Positions 12,771 to 26,039 of a stretch of DNA of 64,000 nucleotides are shown one piece after another (the stretch's first letter is position 1; each line of letters begins with the position of its first letter). The stretch lies in the NCBI GenBank assembly GCA_964234715.1, contig OZ174275.1; one strand, written 5' to 3'. This stretch comes from Podarcis melisellensis (lineage: Eukaryota). The notes below the pieces were generated by a model. The model saw nothing but the letters and a program-made list of their open reading frames with translations, ran no database searches and had not been told where the DNA came from. The translations under genes were made by a program, and so were the position numbers.

Positions 12771-14363
12771 ATTAGTGTTGATTATTTATGTTATTGGGCT
12801 ATGGTTCCCGAGATTTGAACTCAGTATTTGTTTCTTTGCTTCATTTAACTTCCTTAAAGGCAAAAGCCTCTCTGACAGGCTAGGAAGCACCACTCCAGCT
12901 ACAAACTTTAAAAATGAGGCTGAAAGTCTCTCGGTAAAATGGCATTATGTAATCACCCCTCTCTCTTTTTGTAATTATTTATGTATATTTTTGGCTTTGT
13001 AACATAGTGATCATTACTAACAAACCAAAAGGTACAGTAGCATAACAAAGCAAATAAATAATAAGGAAAGGAAATGGTGGCACACAAATGTAAATGAAGA
13101 CATCCATATTTCCTGAGCTGGCATGGGTGGTGAATGTTGGGCATCCAGTTCTGAAGCATAGGAAATAAAATCCCACTAGGTTACATAAAAGCATTCTGGA
13201 TCGTCCACCCCCCACCCCTGAAAACACACAGTTTATGTGTGATTTTTTTCCCACAACAGCCAAAGTCCACAAGTTCTTATACCATAAAAATGTAGTTTTT
13301 TCAAGGTTTTCCATTGGTGGACTATTGAAATCCTATCCACAACCAGCATTTGTGTCTAAAAGTTTCCATGGCAGCTTTCGTGTTGTCAATCCACATACTC
13401 AGTAATGATAGCTGTGGGAGGTGGCCTGAACAAGTAATTTAATATTTTAGATACTTATTTATATACTGGGGACCGAAATAATGTAACATTAGTTCCAGAG
13501 ATAGCACGAGGGGGAAAATGGCTACCCTCATGTGAAGGAAGTCATATTTTTATCCACACTGCCCTGAGCTTCCGGATGCTTTTGGTATATCTGGCTATGA
13601 AAATAAAAATGATTAACACCCTCAAAAGGAAGTGCTTATCAGCGAGTGGTGCAATGGCTCAGTACTAAAGGGTACTTAAAGGTGAAAAGAGAATTCTCTG
13701 TAAGAAGCCATAGCTAGTTTAGACAGCCTGTGGAAATCTGCATTTTCACAGCTCTTGCAACACTGCTTACAGACAGATAAGTAAAGCCAACAGGAGCATT
13801 AGCTGTCCAGAATGGAGCCAAGATGCTTTTTACTATATCTAACAGGAATAAAGAATTAATACCACAATAAATGAAGCACATATTCATTACAGTTATATCT
13901 CTCCTAGGGCACCCAACCCAGTGCTTTTGCCCAAGGAAAAACCCAAGATATTGTCACTGTCCATTTGTCTACAGGATGTGTAATAAGTTGAGAAATGGAA
14001 ATATTTTCTCCTGTTTTTGTGCTCCTGTTTCTTTTGAGTTAAAAAGAAAAGGTATTTGCTTCATAGCAAATACTAAATCATTCTCGAAAAAGTGCAGAAG
14101 CAGAGAAAGCCTAATTCCTGATTATTAAGCATTCTCTCTCTTTGTCGACTTTTCATTATCATATCGCAGAAAGGGTTTGTAAATTCCAAAAGGAGTTCAT
14201 CTTATTACTTATCTACTTTATATTAGCAACCACCACCATGCCAACATTCATGTTTTTGTTTTTAATCCCGAAAGGATACACTGGAGCCTTGAAAATCATA
14301 AGATTCAATTTTTTTTAAGGTTTTGCATAAACCTACACAGACTGAGAATTCTGGTTTAACCAT

Positions 14364-14472
14364 GGGTGATATCCAGTGTTAGATACTCGGAACACACCCA
14401 TTGAAAACAATGGACTTATAAAATCTTGCTCAATAGGTTTGCTCTGAGTCTGACATAGTTTGGATAACACCC
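14364..14472. mobile_element. Short (~110 bp) palindromic MITE-like repeat
   Basis: gggtgatatcca...tggataacaccc termini with internal cccattgaa/caatagg; relatives near 55220-55340 and 59370-59480. Confidence 0.55.
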
Positions 14473-14509
14473 TGTATGCATTACAATATTCAGTTATGAA
14501 AAAGAAATA

Positions 14510-14735
14510 CAGTGGTACCTCGGGTTACAGATGCTTCAGGTTACAGACTCCGCTAACCCAGAAATAGTACCTCGGTTTAAGAACTTTGCTTCAGGATGAG
14601 AACAGAAATCGTGTGGTGGCAGCGTGGCGGCAGCGGGAGGCCCCATTAGCTAAAATGGTGCTTCAGGTTAAGAACAGTTTCAGGTTAAAAACGAACCTCC
14701 AGAACAAATTAGGTTCTTAACCCGAGGTACCACTG
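14510..14735. mobile_element. Tc1/mariner-pogo (Tigger-like) MITE
   Basis: TA|cagtggtacctcgggtta ... taacccgaggtaccactg|TA. Confidence 0.92.
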
Positions 14736-14798
14736 TATTCATATATATTTCTCCCCCTTCTTACTAGTAAGAAAATACATTTCCATTGCTCCTCTTAA

Positions 14799-14924
14799 CT
14801 GTTTAGGGATGCTTTTAATGCTTGAAGTTTTAATTCTGTTTTTAGTCCTCTGTTGGGAGCCTCTTAGAGTGGCTGGGGAAACCTGGCCAGATGGGCGGGG
14901 TATAAATAATAAAATTATTTTATT
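14799..14924 (+). mobile_element. L2 3' terminal fragment followed by (CATA)n(CA)n
   Basis: agagtggctggggaaacc...gatgggcggggtataaataataaa. Confidence 0.8.
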
Positions 14925-16970
14925 CATACATACATACATACATACATACATACACACACACACTTGCTGATTTCTCATAGAACTGTGTAAATGGATTCCG
15001 TGTTTGACATACTATGTCAATTATATACGTTCAAAATACTCAAGACACTTTTACTTATGGGAGCAACTGAAATACATTTTAGAGCTGTAGCATAAAAGTC
15101 AGTATCCAACAATGACCATAATCTTTGCTTCTAAATATAACATCAGTCAGAAAATATTGTAAACTCGGTGCCAGGAATCTCCTTCCAGTGTCATATTGGT
15201 ACCTTGAGATTTTCAATATTTTATTTCCTTATAATGGTTTACAAGTGGGACCTACAGAAAAGCATGACAAAGTGGAATGTTTCAGTTCAGGATTCCAGCC
15301 TGTCAGCCACAGACTCTTCCTACAATTTTATTTTATTTTATTTAACAAAATTTGTAACCCATTTAACTGTGTATAACATTTCGAAACAGTTTACGAAGTG
15401 TATAAAATATACATTAAGATTGTCAGTAAAAAAATAATAAAAAGCAAGATGAATAAAAAGCACATTCTCCCTTGCTTTCCAATCCAGCTTTCTACCAGTC
15501 AGCCAACATTCAGTGGTCATATTGAACATGCTCAGACATAACTGGAAACAGAACGTAATATACTTTGGCATCCCAATGTACAAAGTTATATATAGATGTC
15601 ATTTTGCACAGGATGACAAGTGCTGACATAACAGAAACAGCATGTGGTATAAGGCAACTGTGGCATCTGCCTGTCCTTTTGGGCTATGCACCAGTTTTAC
15701 TACAAGGGAAGTTGTTGCATGTGTGCTCTGTAAACGTTCCTTAAAATAACATTTTCTGAAAGGGTTTTTCATGATTTTCAAACAATACTGTCTGGAATTT
15801 GAAGGTTGGCCCCAGCTAGTGATGGGCAAAATGCTCACTTCTCCTTGAAATTTGCTCTTTTTTTACAGTTCAATAAATTGAAGCAGGGGGGCATTGAAAA
15901 CTGCAACTCCCTTCTTTTGTAGCAGCGAAGGACACTTGAATCATGCATTCAGGATGCAGTCTGTAAGGACTGCCCAGCCATCTCCACTGCCATTTCCCCT
16001 TCACCACCATGAGCAAACTTGGTTGGGAGCAGGAGGCAACGGGTTGGCTGAATGAATCCATTATGAGTCAGAGCCAAACACCACATTTTCAAACTGCCCT
16101 AATTATATACTGCTGACCTTAGTAGTTCAAACCACCAATGCATGCTGCAAAGATGGGACTCATTTCTCTTCCTATTCAGGGGTTGGTATGAATGGGAAAG
16201 CATCAATTCCTTTAGCTTAAAGTAATAACACAACAGCAACAACAATCTGATACGGCAGTCGCCAGCATTTTACTGCCACTGGCCACATTTGGAATTTTTG
16301 CGAAAGTGCTGCAAGTGCCACTCTCAAAATGGCTGCCATGGGGACATAACATGTCACAAAATGTTGCTGTGGGAGATGGCATTTCACAGAATGGCTGCCA
16401 TGGAAGCATAACGTAACACCAAATGGCAGCTCATTTCTGACAATACACAGGGATCATGTCATGTGTTTCCATGTGAAAAGGAATCATGTTCATGCTTCAT
16501 TTTACTAGAATTGAGAAATAAGCCTGTGGACAATAAACATTATGAATTTCATTCTAGTCCACTCAGTGTTAGTCAAAAGCAGAATGGCAGAATCTAAACT
16601 GTTCCTGCAGACTCAGAGAAACCCAGCATGTTCAAAAAGTGTAGGTATTTGTAATGTGGGGAGTACTTGGGGTAGCAAACCAGCATACACTAATTAGGTA
16701 ATGTGACATAAAAGCTGGCTTGAAATAGTTGTGCAACTCAGCCTTTCTGAGGCATTCTCGTGCTCCTGGGATTAAAATGCCGCACTTCTTCATTAGCTAA
16801 GATGAAAGCTTAAATAGTCTCCTATCTTAGCTGAGGCTAAAGCAATTACATTTGTGTTTTAGCCTTGTGCATAGTCATAGATCTTCTGTTCTGAAGCCAA
16901 AAGTTCTACCTCATTGAATGCAATAATTTGTATTTAATCATTTATATGTTGGCAATTTGGATGACCTTTT

Positions 16971-17060
16971 CATAGCTGTCAACTTTTCCCTTTTCTTGCA
17001 AGGAATCCTATTCAGAATAAGGGAATTTCCCTTAAAAAAGGGGAAATGTTGGCAGCTATG
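16971..17060. mobile_element. 90-bp MITE with CATAGCTGTCAAC TIRs
   Basis: catagctgtcaac...gttggcagctatg; cctttt on both flanks; same TIR as 41855-42008. Confidence 0.85.
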
Positions 17061-17245
17061 CCTTTTCAGTAGGAAAAATGCTTGTCAACAATAAAAGACA
17101 GAAAAAGAATAACTGCTAGGGTCCTCATGTAAAAAAATGGTAATCTAGAAACAAAAAGTAAAAGCTAAAATGCCATCCTACTATTTATGAATGTAACAAA
17201 GTATTTGTCAGTATTCCAGGTCATATTTTCATTTCAGTTGTGATC

Positions 17246-17330
17246 AGTGTGGTGTAGTGGTTAGAGTGTTGGACTATGATCTGGGACATTCCTGTTCAAA
17301 TCCTGGCTGAGCCATGAAGCTCACAGGCTA
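17246..17330 (+). mobile_element. Squam3-like SINE 5' fragment (tRNA-derived head)
   Basis: cagtgtggtgtagtggttagagtgttggact...gttcaaatcc (A and B boxes). Confidence 0.75.
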
Positions 17331-18739
17331 CAAAGAGGGTCCTTAACAAAATATTCCAACTTTGGTTTCATATGGAAGAGTAACATAGATATAAATACAT
17401 TTTTTAAAAAACTAAAATAAAATTTTACTGTGTTTCTCCAGACTCTTAACAGGCATGTTCCTGTTTATGCCTCCAGCAAGTCTGAAAAAGGCAGCAGGGA
17501 TAGCCAACATGGTGCTCTTCAGCTGCTCTTCAGTTATAGTTCCCATCCACATCAGAAGGACCCCATGTTGGTTATCGCTGATATAAAGAGTAGAAGAAGT
17601 ATGGAAAATAGGAAAAGGAATACTGTAGTTGTTGCTTTCCCTTTTACTTCTTCTGAAACAACCCTATTAAGGTGGGGGTTTTTAATGGTAAAGGACCCCT
17701 GCTCTTCGGCTTGTCAATCAATTGGAAACATCCCTATATATTGCAGGGAAAAGATAGAGGTGGGTTTTTTTTTAACCTTATAGTGTGCATCCCTCCAACC
17801 CTAATCTCCCTTTAAGAATATTTACTATAAGCCAATTCCATTTCTCTCCCTGCCTCTTTTTTGTTTTTCCTCAACCAACAACCTAACACCTATTTAAACA
17901 TAGATATCGCTATACAGAAAATGGTTTGTGCAGTTGTCTTCTCATATGCTATTAAAACTCAGTCTGAATTGCTAGCGCATATGTCAACATGGGAAGTAGC
18001 ACATAAAATTAAGATAACTTTCATAATGCGGTGCATCGGATGATTGTTAATGTAAACATATAGCTTGCAACAAAACTTGTCTTCCTAAGTGCAATTAGAA
18101 TGTGTTCGGGGATAGACATTATTAGTATATAGACTCTGCTAAATCTTAATAGGGCCATTAACTTAATGAAAGCAAGAAAAAGTGTATGTCACCATAACTT
18201 CGTAATGAACCAATTCTTTTCTTCCTTGTTAAAAAGAATCTACAGAAAATAAAAGAACATACAAAAAGGAGATGAACATTAATCATCTGGTTTAGTTCCC
18301 TAATACAGTAAAGAAAGCCAGTACTTAAGACAATGGCATGGTAAATTAGAGAGAATATATTGTTATTCTGTACAACAGGCCCTTACAAATGTTGAGTAGC
18401 ATTATGTCATTATAATCACCATAATAGTTATTATTAGCTTTTAAACTGAACATTTTGTCAAAGAAAAAGTCCAATAAAAAGTATAATTCCAAATGAGAAA
18501 AGGTGACATCTGGCACACTAGTGAAATCGTTTTGGCTTTGAGAAGTGTATCTGTGCAGCCCAAATCAAGCTGACAGAGAATGACATCACTTGTATGAACA
18601 GAAAACATTCAGACAGTGCTAGGTAGCAGAGGTGCAAGTGACCAGCAGTTAAGGCAAAATTGGATTGATGCTAGATGTTAAAGGTCATGTGTGATTACTA
18701 CCAAAAATGATAACCCTGCAGCTCCTCCTGATAACCACC

Positions 18740-19135
18740 TCCCATCTTGCCGCAAGTATTCTGCACCATCTGAAGTTTCTAAGCACTTCTCAAAGGCAGC
18801 CCCACACAGAGTGCATTGCAGTAACACAATCGAGATGTGAGTTGGACATGACAACCACTCACTAAATACACCCACAAGAACAGACCTTTCTGTTGTGGTT
18901 CCCCATTTGTGGAATGTTCTCACCATAGAGTCTCACCTAGCACCATCACCTTTCGGTTCCAGGCAAAAACTTTCCTCTATAACCAGGCCTTGGGCTTTAT
19001 GGCCTTTTTGAAGTGGGCCAGGTGTTTTTAATGTACTGGGATAGTTTCCTTCCCTTGGTTTTAATGTATCCGGGTTTGGTTGTAAGTCACTTTAGGTTGC
19101 CTTGAGCAAGATAAAGCGACTAACAAGTTTTAGTG
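18740..19135. mobile_element. Old L2 fragments in opposite orientations
   Basis: 18740-18860 minus strand resembles SRLDYCNALxVGLPL...LQxVQN; 18875-19135 plus strand resembles RxFSVVxPxLWNxL plus 3'UTR. Confidence 0.55.
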
Positions 19136-20349
19136 TTATAATACATGAATTACTTTCACAGAATTCAGTTTGCAATATCTTAGGTCTAAGCAGTTGTCCA
19201 TTGTGGTGCTGTGCCTCAAAACTCTCCTCCAAATGAACTCTGACTATTCCCCTTTCCCTGCTTTTTCCACTGGTGACTTAAAGCATTTGAATATTATGTT
19301 GTATTGTGGTATACTGGGGTGGGGAGTATATTTGTTCTATCTGCTGGTTGTGTGGTGCAATTGAAACCATGGTTACTCAGAAGTCAGCAACATGGAGCTC
19401 ATTAGGCCTTACTTCATTGTGCACTAGTCTTTAAAGCTGACTTGATTTCACTGTTGCTTTTAGCTCAACGTTTCATTTTGAACACTCCAACATTGGGGCC
19501 AGAATAGTAGCTTACCTTAAAAAAATTGATAATAATCATATACAAATGCGCAGGTCTTAAAACAGTTTACTTGAGACCATATACACATGAGACCTGCATA
19601 CACATATCTATTCCAGAATAACTTGATTGAATAGTGTCACCTTTTCATTTCAGAGACATGAATCATGCTAGAATTTCCTGTATTATTTAAATATGTATGA
19701 CTTCCTGAATGGTTTAAATAGTTATGAATATCCCATACCATTTTGGGCACCTTCTTTCTGACATCCAGATTGTGAAAAGACCATGTCGGGAGCTCTGTGT
19801 GCATTGCAGGGCTTCAGGATAAACTCTGAAAATGTTTTGAAATGAGGCTGTTTACACAGTGATGTTCCTATATACCTTTTATCACAATTTTATGAGAATA
19901 GCATGTGCTATTATTATCACTTTGCTTTGTAAAATGTATTTCCAAAACTAAATTTGTCTAGCTTATAAAACAATAAAGCTGAAGTTAGATGAATAGCGTT
20001 AGCTGGTTGCCCAAAGTAGAGTAAACATATTTATTACAGTAAACAGAAAAAGGGATAATTAAAAGCAATAAAACACTGAAGGGGTATGAGAAAAGTTTAA
20101 GGCAGCAATATATTTAAAAGCCTGCAGGAAAAATTTCTAAAATGTTTTAAAAGGACGTTTTCCATATCTTAGATTCACCTATCCGAGAGGCGGTCCCCAT
20201 AAAACAGCCGTTTCCCCCCATTATTTTTTTAAAGGAGGTATTTATGAAATGTTATTTGCTATTTGTTAACACTGCAATTTCAGAAATTAAAGTATGAAGA
20301 ATGTGGATGCAGTCTACATAGCTAAATTGGTTGCAAGTTGATTACAGGT

Positions 20350-20570
20350 TCTGGTGGATTGAGTGGACACGACTAATAGTGGGTCTTACAGTCAAGAAGG
20401 CAGTTTCTGCTTGTGCTGTAGAGGGAAGTGGCGGAGGACACATGGGGCTTGTCAACCTGGGAAGGTAGCCCATCTGGGAGAAGGAATACTCTGCCTTGCT
20501 GGGAGAAGGAAAGGCTTTGGAGTCAACCCTACATAAATCCAGAGTGGATTGCATCTTGTACGCTCCTTGC
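20350..20570 (+). mobile_element. Probable RTE-clade LINE 5'UTR-like fragment
   Basis: ggggcttgtcaacctgggaaggtagcccatctgggagaaggaatactctg resembles squamate RTE 5' regions (recall only). Confidence 0.4.
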
Positions 20571-21041
20571 AGCAGCAACTGCAACAAATACACCTTTTTG
20601 CCACTAATAGGCAATCTTATGTTGATCCTAATAATTATGCATTACTGTCCATAGCTTTTCACTGTAACAGGTATGCAGATGTTTCAGGGAGACTAGCTAA
20701 AAGTGTAAATCCATACCAAGCAGGCATTCTTTGCTGCATAGACCCATTGCATAGAATTTACACTGTTACTGAAATTGTATATATTTGTTAAGAGCTCCGT
20801 TATCCCAAGGAGAGCATTTTCAGTTATTGTCGTAGAACTTACTCGAAAGAAAGGTTCATGGAAACAAGTGGGATTACTTTCAAATAATTTATTTAGACAG
20901 CAATCTGCACTGCTGGGGCTCGTGGTGTTCGGATGCTGGGCTCCACTGGCAAAGGGGCTGTCCTTCGATTGTATAAGCCCCAACATACTCCTTTGGTCCA
21001 GGATGACCAAATATAACATTCCTAAAAGCTGAGAAGCTAGA

Positions 21042-21360
21042 GCATCACTGGGGAACTTTTAAGTCTGAGGGCTGCATTCCCTTGTGACAAAACTTCCAAA
21101 TGCCGCATACCAATGTTGCTGAGGGGCAGAAGTGGACAGATCAATGGATGTGACTCTTTGTATAGTAGCCATGCAAAGGTCAGAGGCTTCTACACATTTT
21201 CACATCACTTCATCCAGGCAAGCGAGAAGCATTACCACAGTTCAATGACACATTCCAACCAGGCATTCATGGATAGTGTGGAACATAGCTGTGAGGTGTG
21301 TGGTCTCTGGGGAGCAGTTCCCCACCACTGGGCTAGAGTTTGGACCTTGTACTCCTCATA
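21042..21360. mobile_element. Degraded hAT-like non-autonomous element
   Basis: ggggaacttt...tgagggctgcattccc start resembles lizard hAT MITEs; right end poorly defined. Confidence 0.4.
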
Positions 21361-23079
21361 TACTCAGTTACCCTAACTTGTGCTTCCATATACTTGTACA
21401 TTTCTAAAACACTTCTAATTACATGACTTTCTTGCAAAGCCAGCTACTAATATTAAGGTTCACATAATGTTAAGCCAGTCTTTCCAGGGAAGGTCTTCTT
21501 AACAACTGCATAGAACTCGTAGAATCTCTTTCACCCTTTGTTTATTATGGTCTATTGAGCATGAAGCATAGAAGACCCCAGGTTCCACATCTGTGATACG
21601 AAGAAGGATGATAAATGGGCATGGTGTCTCTCAACACCCAATTCTCGCTAAGACCTCTTGTGAACTGAAGTTTAGTCAAAGGAAAACCACTAGCAAAACT
21701 TGTGTAAATGTTTACTGAGCCTTCCCAGGAGCTGGAATCGAATCCAATTGCCCCTAAAAGGCAACACCGTGTAACAAGGAAGCTGTCGATTTATTTTGCG
21801 GCCTGCTTCAGTTTGCAGGGTTGCAGCAAGTATATAGCTCAGCAACAGTGAGGGAAGCTGTCTGCATTAACAGCAACACAGAGATAATTATGCAACTCCT
21901 GTCTATGAATGCAGTGCTAGAATTGTGTATCGTGCTGCAGATACCATTTAAATTGGAAAGTATTATCAGACAATCCTAATGCACATATAAAAATAATAAG
22001 GCCCATTCCCTTTCCCAAACAAGTTGAGCCCTGCTGTCACATCACATTTGTCACAAAATCATGTTATATAATAACAACTTGATAGTGCAGGAGAAGCCTT
22101 TGTGAAGAGCCATCATTTCCCTTTCACAGCAAAATACAAAAACTGCTCCAAGGACACTCTTTTGTGGTGGGAGGGGAAACTTCACCAAGAAATGCAATTA
22201 TACATAGCCTGCATACAATTGCAACAGCATGCTTCTTTCATACTACCTTCTCTAAGATAACTGAAGCTCCAGATATCATGCAAAATTGCATTAATGAAAG
22301 CTTAGACCGTAAAAAGCAGTGCATCCCTTAGTCATGACAGTACACTCAAGTTTGAAGACAAACACTTAATTGTTGCCTAAAGCAGTGTGACATAAATGTC
22401 ATTCCCCCCCCCTCCCAATAAGGTGTAACGAATCAGAATGCCTTGGAATGATTAGTTTAATAGGTTGTTGATTTAAATAGCGCTCTAATTCTAGCCTTAA
22501 CACATTTCTCTAGTCAGCCCCTTTTACTGGTGAGCAGATCATTTAATACTTTATGCCACTTTCAGCTGCCTGCTGTGGTTGAGTCTTCTCCCTGAAAATT
22601 GTTTTCTCTGAGGCTCTAACATTTTCTCTGTGATATTCTGAAGCAAAAAGATTTCCACCTTCAAGGTTTACTCTAAAAATGTATCATACACACCTAATTT
22701 AAATAATTAAGGGGGTTTTTTGTAAGTGAAAAAAATGCATACAATTACAGTGTTTAGAAGACTGGTGTTTTTTTTTGCTTGAGATAGAAGGAACTAGCAA
22801 TGAATAAGCCCCTTTGTGTGTCAAAATTTGATTTCGTTTTTCTCATATTCACTACTTACTTTCTTCTTGGAGTGTTTTGCATTTTGTCATGACTAATTTC
22901 TAAGGGAAATCTGAGCAAAGTTTGCTAAGAAATGGTGTGTATACACACTGTAACTTCCCTTTCCTTAAATCTCTTCTCTGGAAGTCTTGAAATGTACTTT
23001 CTCTTTCACAGTTTGTTTGGGCACCTGTTTAATGGTGTTAATGGTGTTCGCACCTGTTTAATGGTGTTAATGGTGTTCG

Positions 23080-23335
23080 CCTGCCAACCTAGCAGTTCGA
23101 AAGCACCTCCGGGTGCAAGTAGATAAATAGAGACCGCTTACCAGCGGGAAGGTAAACGGCGTTTCCATGTGCGGCTCTGGCTCGCCAGAGCAGCGATGTC
23201 ACGCTGGCCACGTGACCCGGAAGTGTCTCCGGACAGCGCTGGCCCCTGGCCTCTTAAGTGAGATGGGCGCACAACCCCAGAGTCTGTCAAGATTGGCCCG
23301 TACGGGCAGGGGTACCTTTACCTTTACCTTTACCT
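23080..23335 (+). mobile_element. Sauria SINE, 5'-truncated, CpG-rich subfamily
   Basis: cctgccaacctagcagttcgaaagc...ggcccgtacgggcaggggtacc(tttacc)n; ttaatggtgtt on both sides. Confidence 0.92.
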
Positions 23336-23345
23336 TAATGGTGTT

Positions 23346-23695
23346 AGGTAAAGGTAAAGGGACCCTGACAGTGAAGTCCAGCTGCGAACAACTCTGGGGT
23401 TGCGGCGCTCATCTCACTTTACAGGACAAGGGAGCCGGTGTTTGTCCGCTCCGCAGTCAGTTTTTCTGGGTCATGTGGGCAGCATGACTAAGCCGCTTCT
23501 GGTGCAACAGAACAGCGACACCAGAGCAGCGCACGGAAACACTGTTTACCTTCCCACCGAAGCGGTACTTATTAAACTACTTGCACTTTTGGGTGTGCTT
23601 TCGAACTGCTAGGTTGGCAGGAGCTGGGACCGAGCAACAGGAGCTCACCCTGTTGCAGGGATTAGAATCGCCAACCACAACGACACCTGCGTCCC
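23346..23695 (-). mobile_element. Sauria SINE with internal deletion near 5' end
   Basis: aggtaaaggtaaagggaccc tail; ends cacctgcgtccc (head). Confidence 0.92.
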
Positions 23696-23923
23696 TTTAA
23701 GTAGCTCTACATAGATTTGGGAATTATTTTAGGATTATTTGGGGGAATGCTGTAGAATCAGCATGAATCATTCAGTACCTAGTTTTTTGCACTAAAATGC
23801 CTTTTTTGCAGCTATATATTTTTACTTGCTGATCATTATTTCTCATTTTCCTTCTGTGCTGCTTTTAGCCCATCTGTAGCATGCATGCATGAAGAGCAGC
23901 ACAGGAACAATGGGGACACAATA

Positions 23924-24157
23924 CTGTGGTACCTCAGGTTACATATGCTTCAGGTTACATACGCTTCAGGTTACAGACTCCGCTAACCCAGAAATATTTC
24001 CTCGGGTTAAGAACTTTGCTTCAAGATGAGAACAGAAATCGTGCTCCGGCGGCAGCAGGAGGCCCCATTAGCTAAAGTGGTGCTTCAGGTTAAGAACAGT
24101 TTCAGGTTAAGAACGGACCTCCAGAACAGATTAAGTACTTAACCCGAGGTACCACTG
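23924..24157. mobile_element. Tigger-like MITE
   Basis: TA|ctgtggtacctcagg...ccgaggtaccactg|TA; same family as 14510-14735. Confidence 0.92.
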
Positions 24158-24169
24158 TACATGGTGGTA

Positions 24170-24490
24170 CAGCTCACATGTAACTAAGGTGAATGGTTGT
24201 GCATTTACTCATAGCAGAAATTGTAGCGGCTTCAATCCTTTCCCAGCCCTGCTGCTTTCGTGCTCCCTAGAGCTAAGGTGTTATAGCCAAACCTGGAGTT
24301 GTGGTTTGTCTTGTTGTGGTTTATTTGGAGCGAGATAAATCACAAGCCCAGCTTCAAATCTAATGCTAAGCCAATCTATGGCTTCGCTCTGGATATCAGG
24401 ACCAAGGGAGGAGCTAAGTGGCTACAATTTCTGCGTTGAATAGCCTCATACTCATTTAAGCCATGGTTTGGCTTAGCATTACATGCAAAC
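24170..24490. mobile_element. Degenerate palindromic MITE-like element
   Basis: gcagaaattgtagc (24213) / gctacaatttctgc (24421) inverted; central tgtggtttattt/agataaatcaca. Confidence 0.55.
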
Positions 24491-24776
24491 TGGATCACAG
24501 TCAATAGCTTTTGCTTCTTGGCATACTAAAGTGAAAAAATCACATTGATGGTAGTACATCTTAAAGCATTGGGGGGGGGGAGTGTAATGCAACAGAAAGG
24601 GAAATGATCTACTAATTGGGGATACAATCTGGAATCAGTTTTTCCCCTATTCTCTTTTCTCTCTTTTTCTTTTTGTTCAATGAGGGGAGGGTAATTATGT
24701 TCAAGTTCTTCTCAGATTTTACTCGATCGATGACCACAGTCATACAGAATAAGCAGCAAACTAAACACTGAGACAT

Positions 24777-25145
24777 GGGACGCGGGTGGCGCTGTGGGTT
24801 AAACCACAGAACCTAGGACTTGCTGATCAGAAGGTTGGCGGTTCGAATCCCCGTGACGGGGTGAGCTCCCGTTGCTCAGTCCCAGCTCCTGCCCACCTAG
24901 CAGTTCGAAAGCACTCTTAAGTGCAAGTAGATAAATAGGGACCACTTTATAGCGGGAAGGTAAACGGCGTTTCCGTGTGCTGCTCTGGTGCTGGCTCACC
25001 AGCTGCAGCTTCGTCACGCTGGCCACGTGACCCAGAAGTGTCTTCGGACGGCGCCGGCTCACGGCCTCTAGAGCGAGATGAGCATGCAACCCTAGAGTCG
25101 GACACAACTGGCCCGTACGGGCAGGGGTGCCTTTACCTTTACCTC
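24777..25145 (+). mobile_element. Sauria SINE, full length
   Basis: gggacgcgggtggcgctgtggg head; tail cctttacctttacct; perfect 14-bp TSD aaacactgagacat at 24763-24776 and 25146-25159. Confidence 0.97.
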
Positions 25146-26039
25146 AAACACTGAGACATCTCAGTTCTACCCTTGTTTGGCATTAGCCAAAAAAACAGAA
25201 GTAAGGTGAATTTATACCTGGCCTCACAGGAATATTGTGGCCTTGGTTGGTTTTATTTCTAATAACTGCTTGTATTTTGCTTGTGGTGATGAAACCCATG
25301 GAATGTTTGTGAGCTGAACTGTTCAACTTAGTCCAGGCATTCAGTGTTAAACTTTCCAGGAAGCAAACGTATCAGAAACTTCACAGAGGAGACATGGAAA
25401 TAGGAGATAGGTAGGTGCTTTGAGCATAGCTGAAATCACTTAAGGTATGGGCGAGCAATCTTGTGACTGGCCTGGGTGTGGGATGAATTGTGATAATGCC
25501 TCTTGGTTTCCTGGATTAGAGAGGTATATGCATATGCACCTCTGACTTTTGCAGGGCTGGAAATATAGAAAGGTAAGAGTCACAACCATTTTGCCACTCA
25601 GTTTTTGCCTCTGGCCTGCCCACCACTGCCTTGTGGCCCCTGGAATACTACAGATGCACCAAGATAATGCTCAGGCCAAAAAAATTTCCCTGGCCCTAAC
25701 ATCAGAAAGAGCTTGGTGCTATGAGGGGACTGAAATAGGTGTCTGATTAAGTGACAGGCAAGCTATATAAAAAAAGAGTGAGGGAAAGAGGGCTGAAAGC
25801 AGAGCCTAGGAACAAGCAGGACTGTGCACTGTTGGAATGAAGGAAGTGGACAGGCAAAAGGGAGGATTGGCAAGCTGGGGACTCTGGGCCATAGAGCATC
25901 AGGTTGTTAGCTTTACTCATCTGAACAGGGTTTTGTCAGTAGTTGCTTCCAAAGTCACAGCAGCATTGTGGTTGGATAATCTGAAGGGGAGACAACAGCA
26001 ACCTGTTGGGGGGAGAGCTCACAGTTCTACTTTTACATA

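Noticed and set aside
23021-23078. CRISPR-like direct repeats
   Set aside because: Adjacent duplication with no spacers, no cas genes, vertebrate context.
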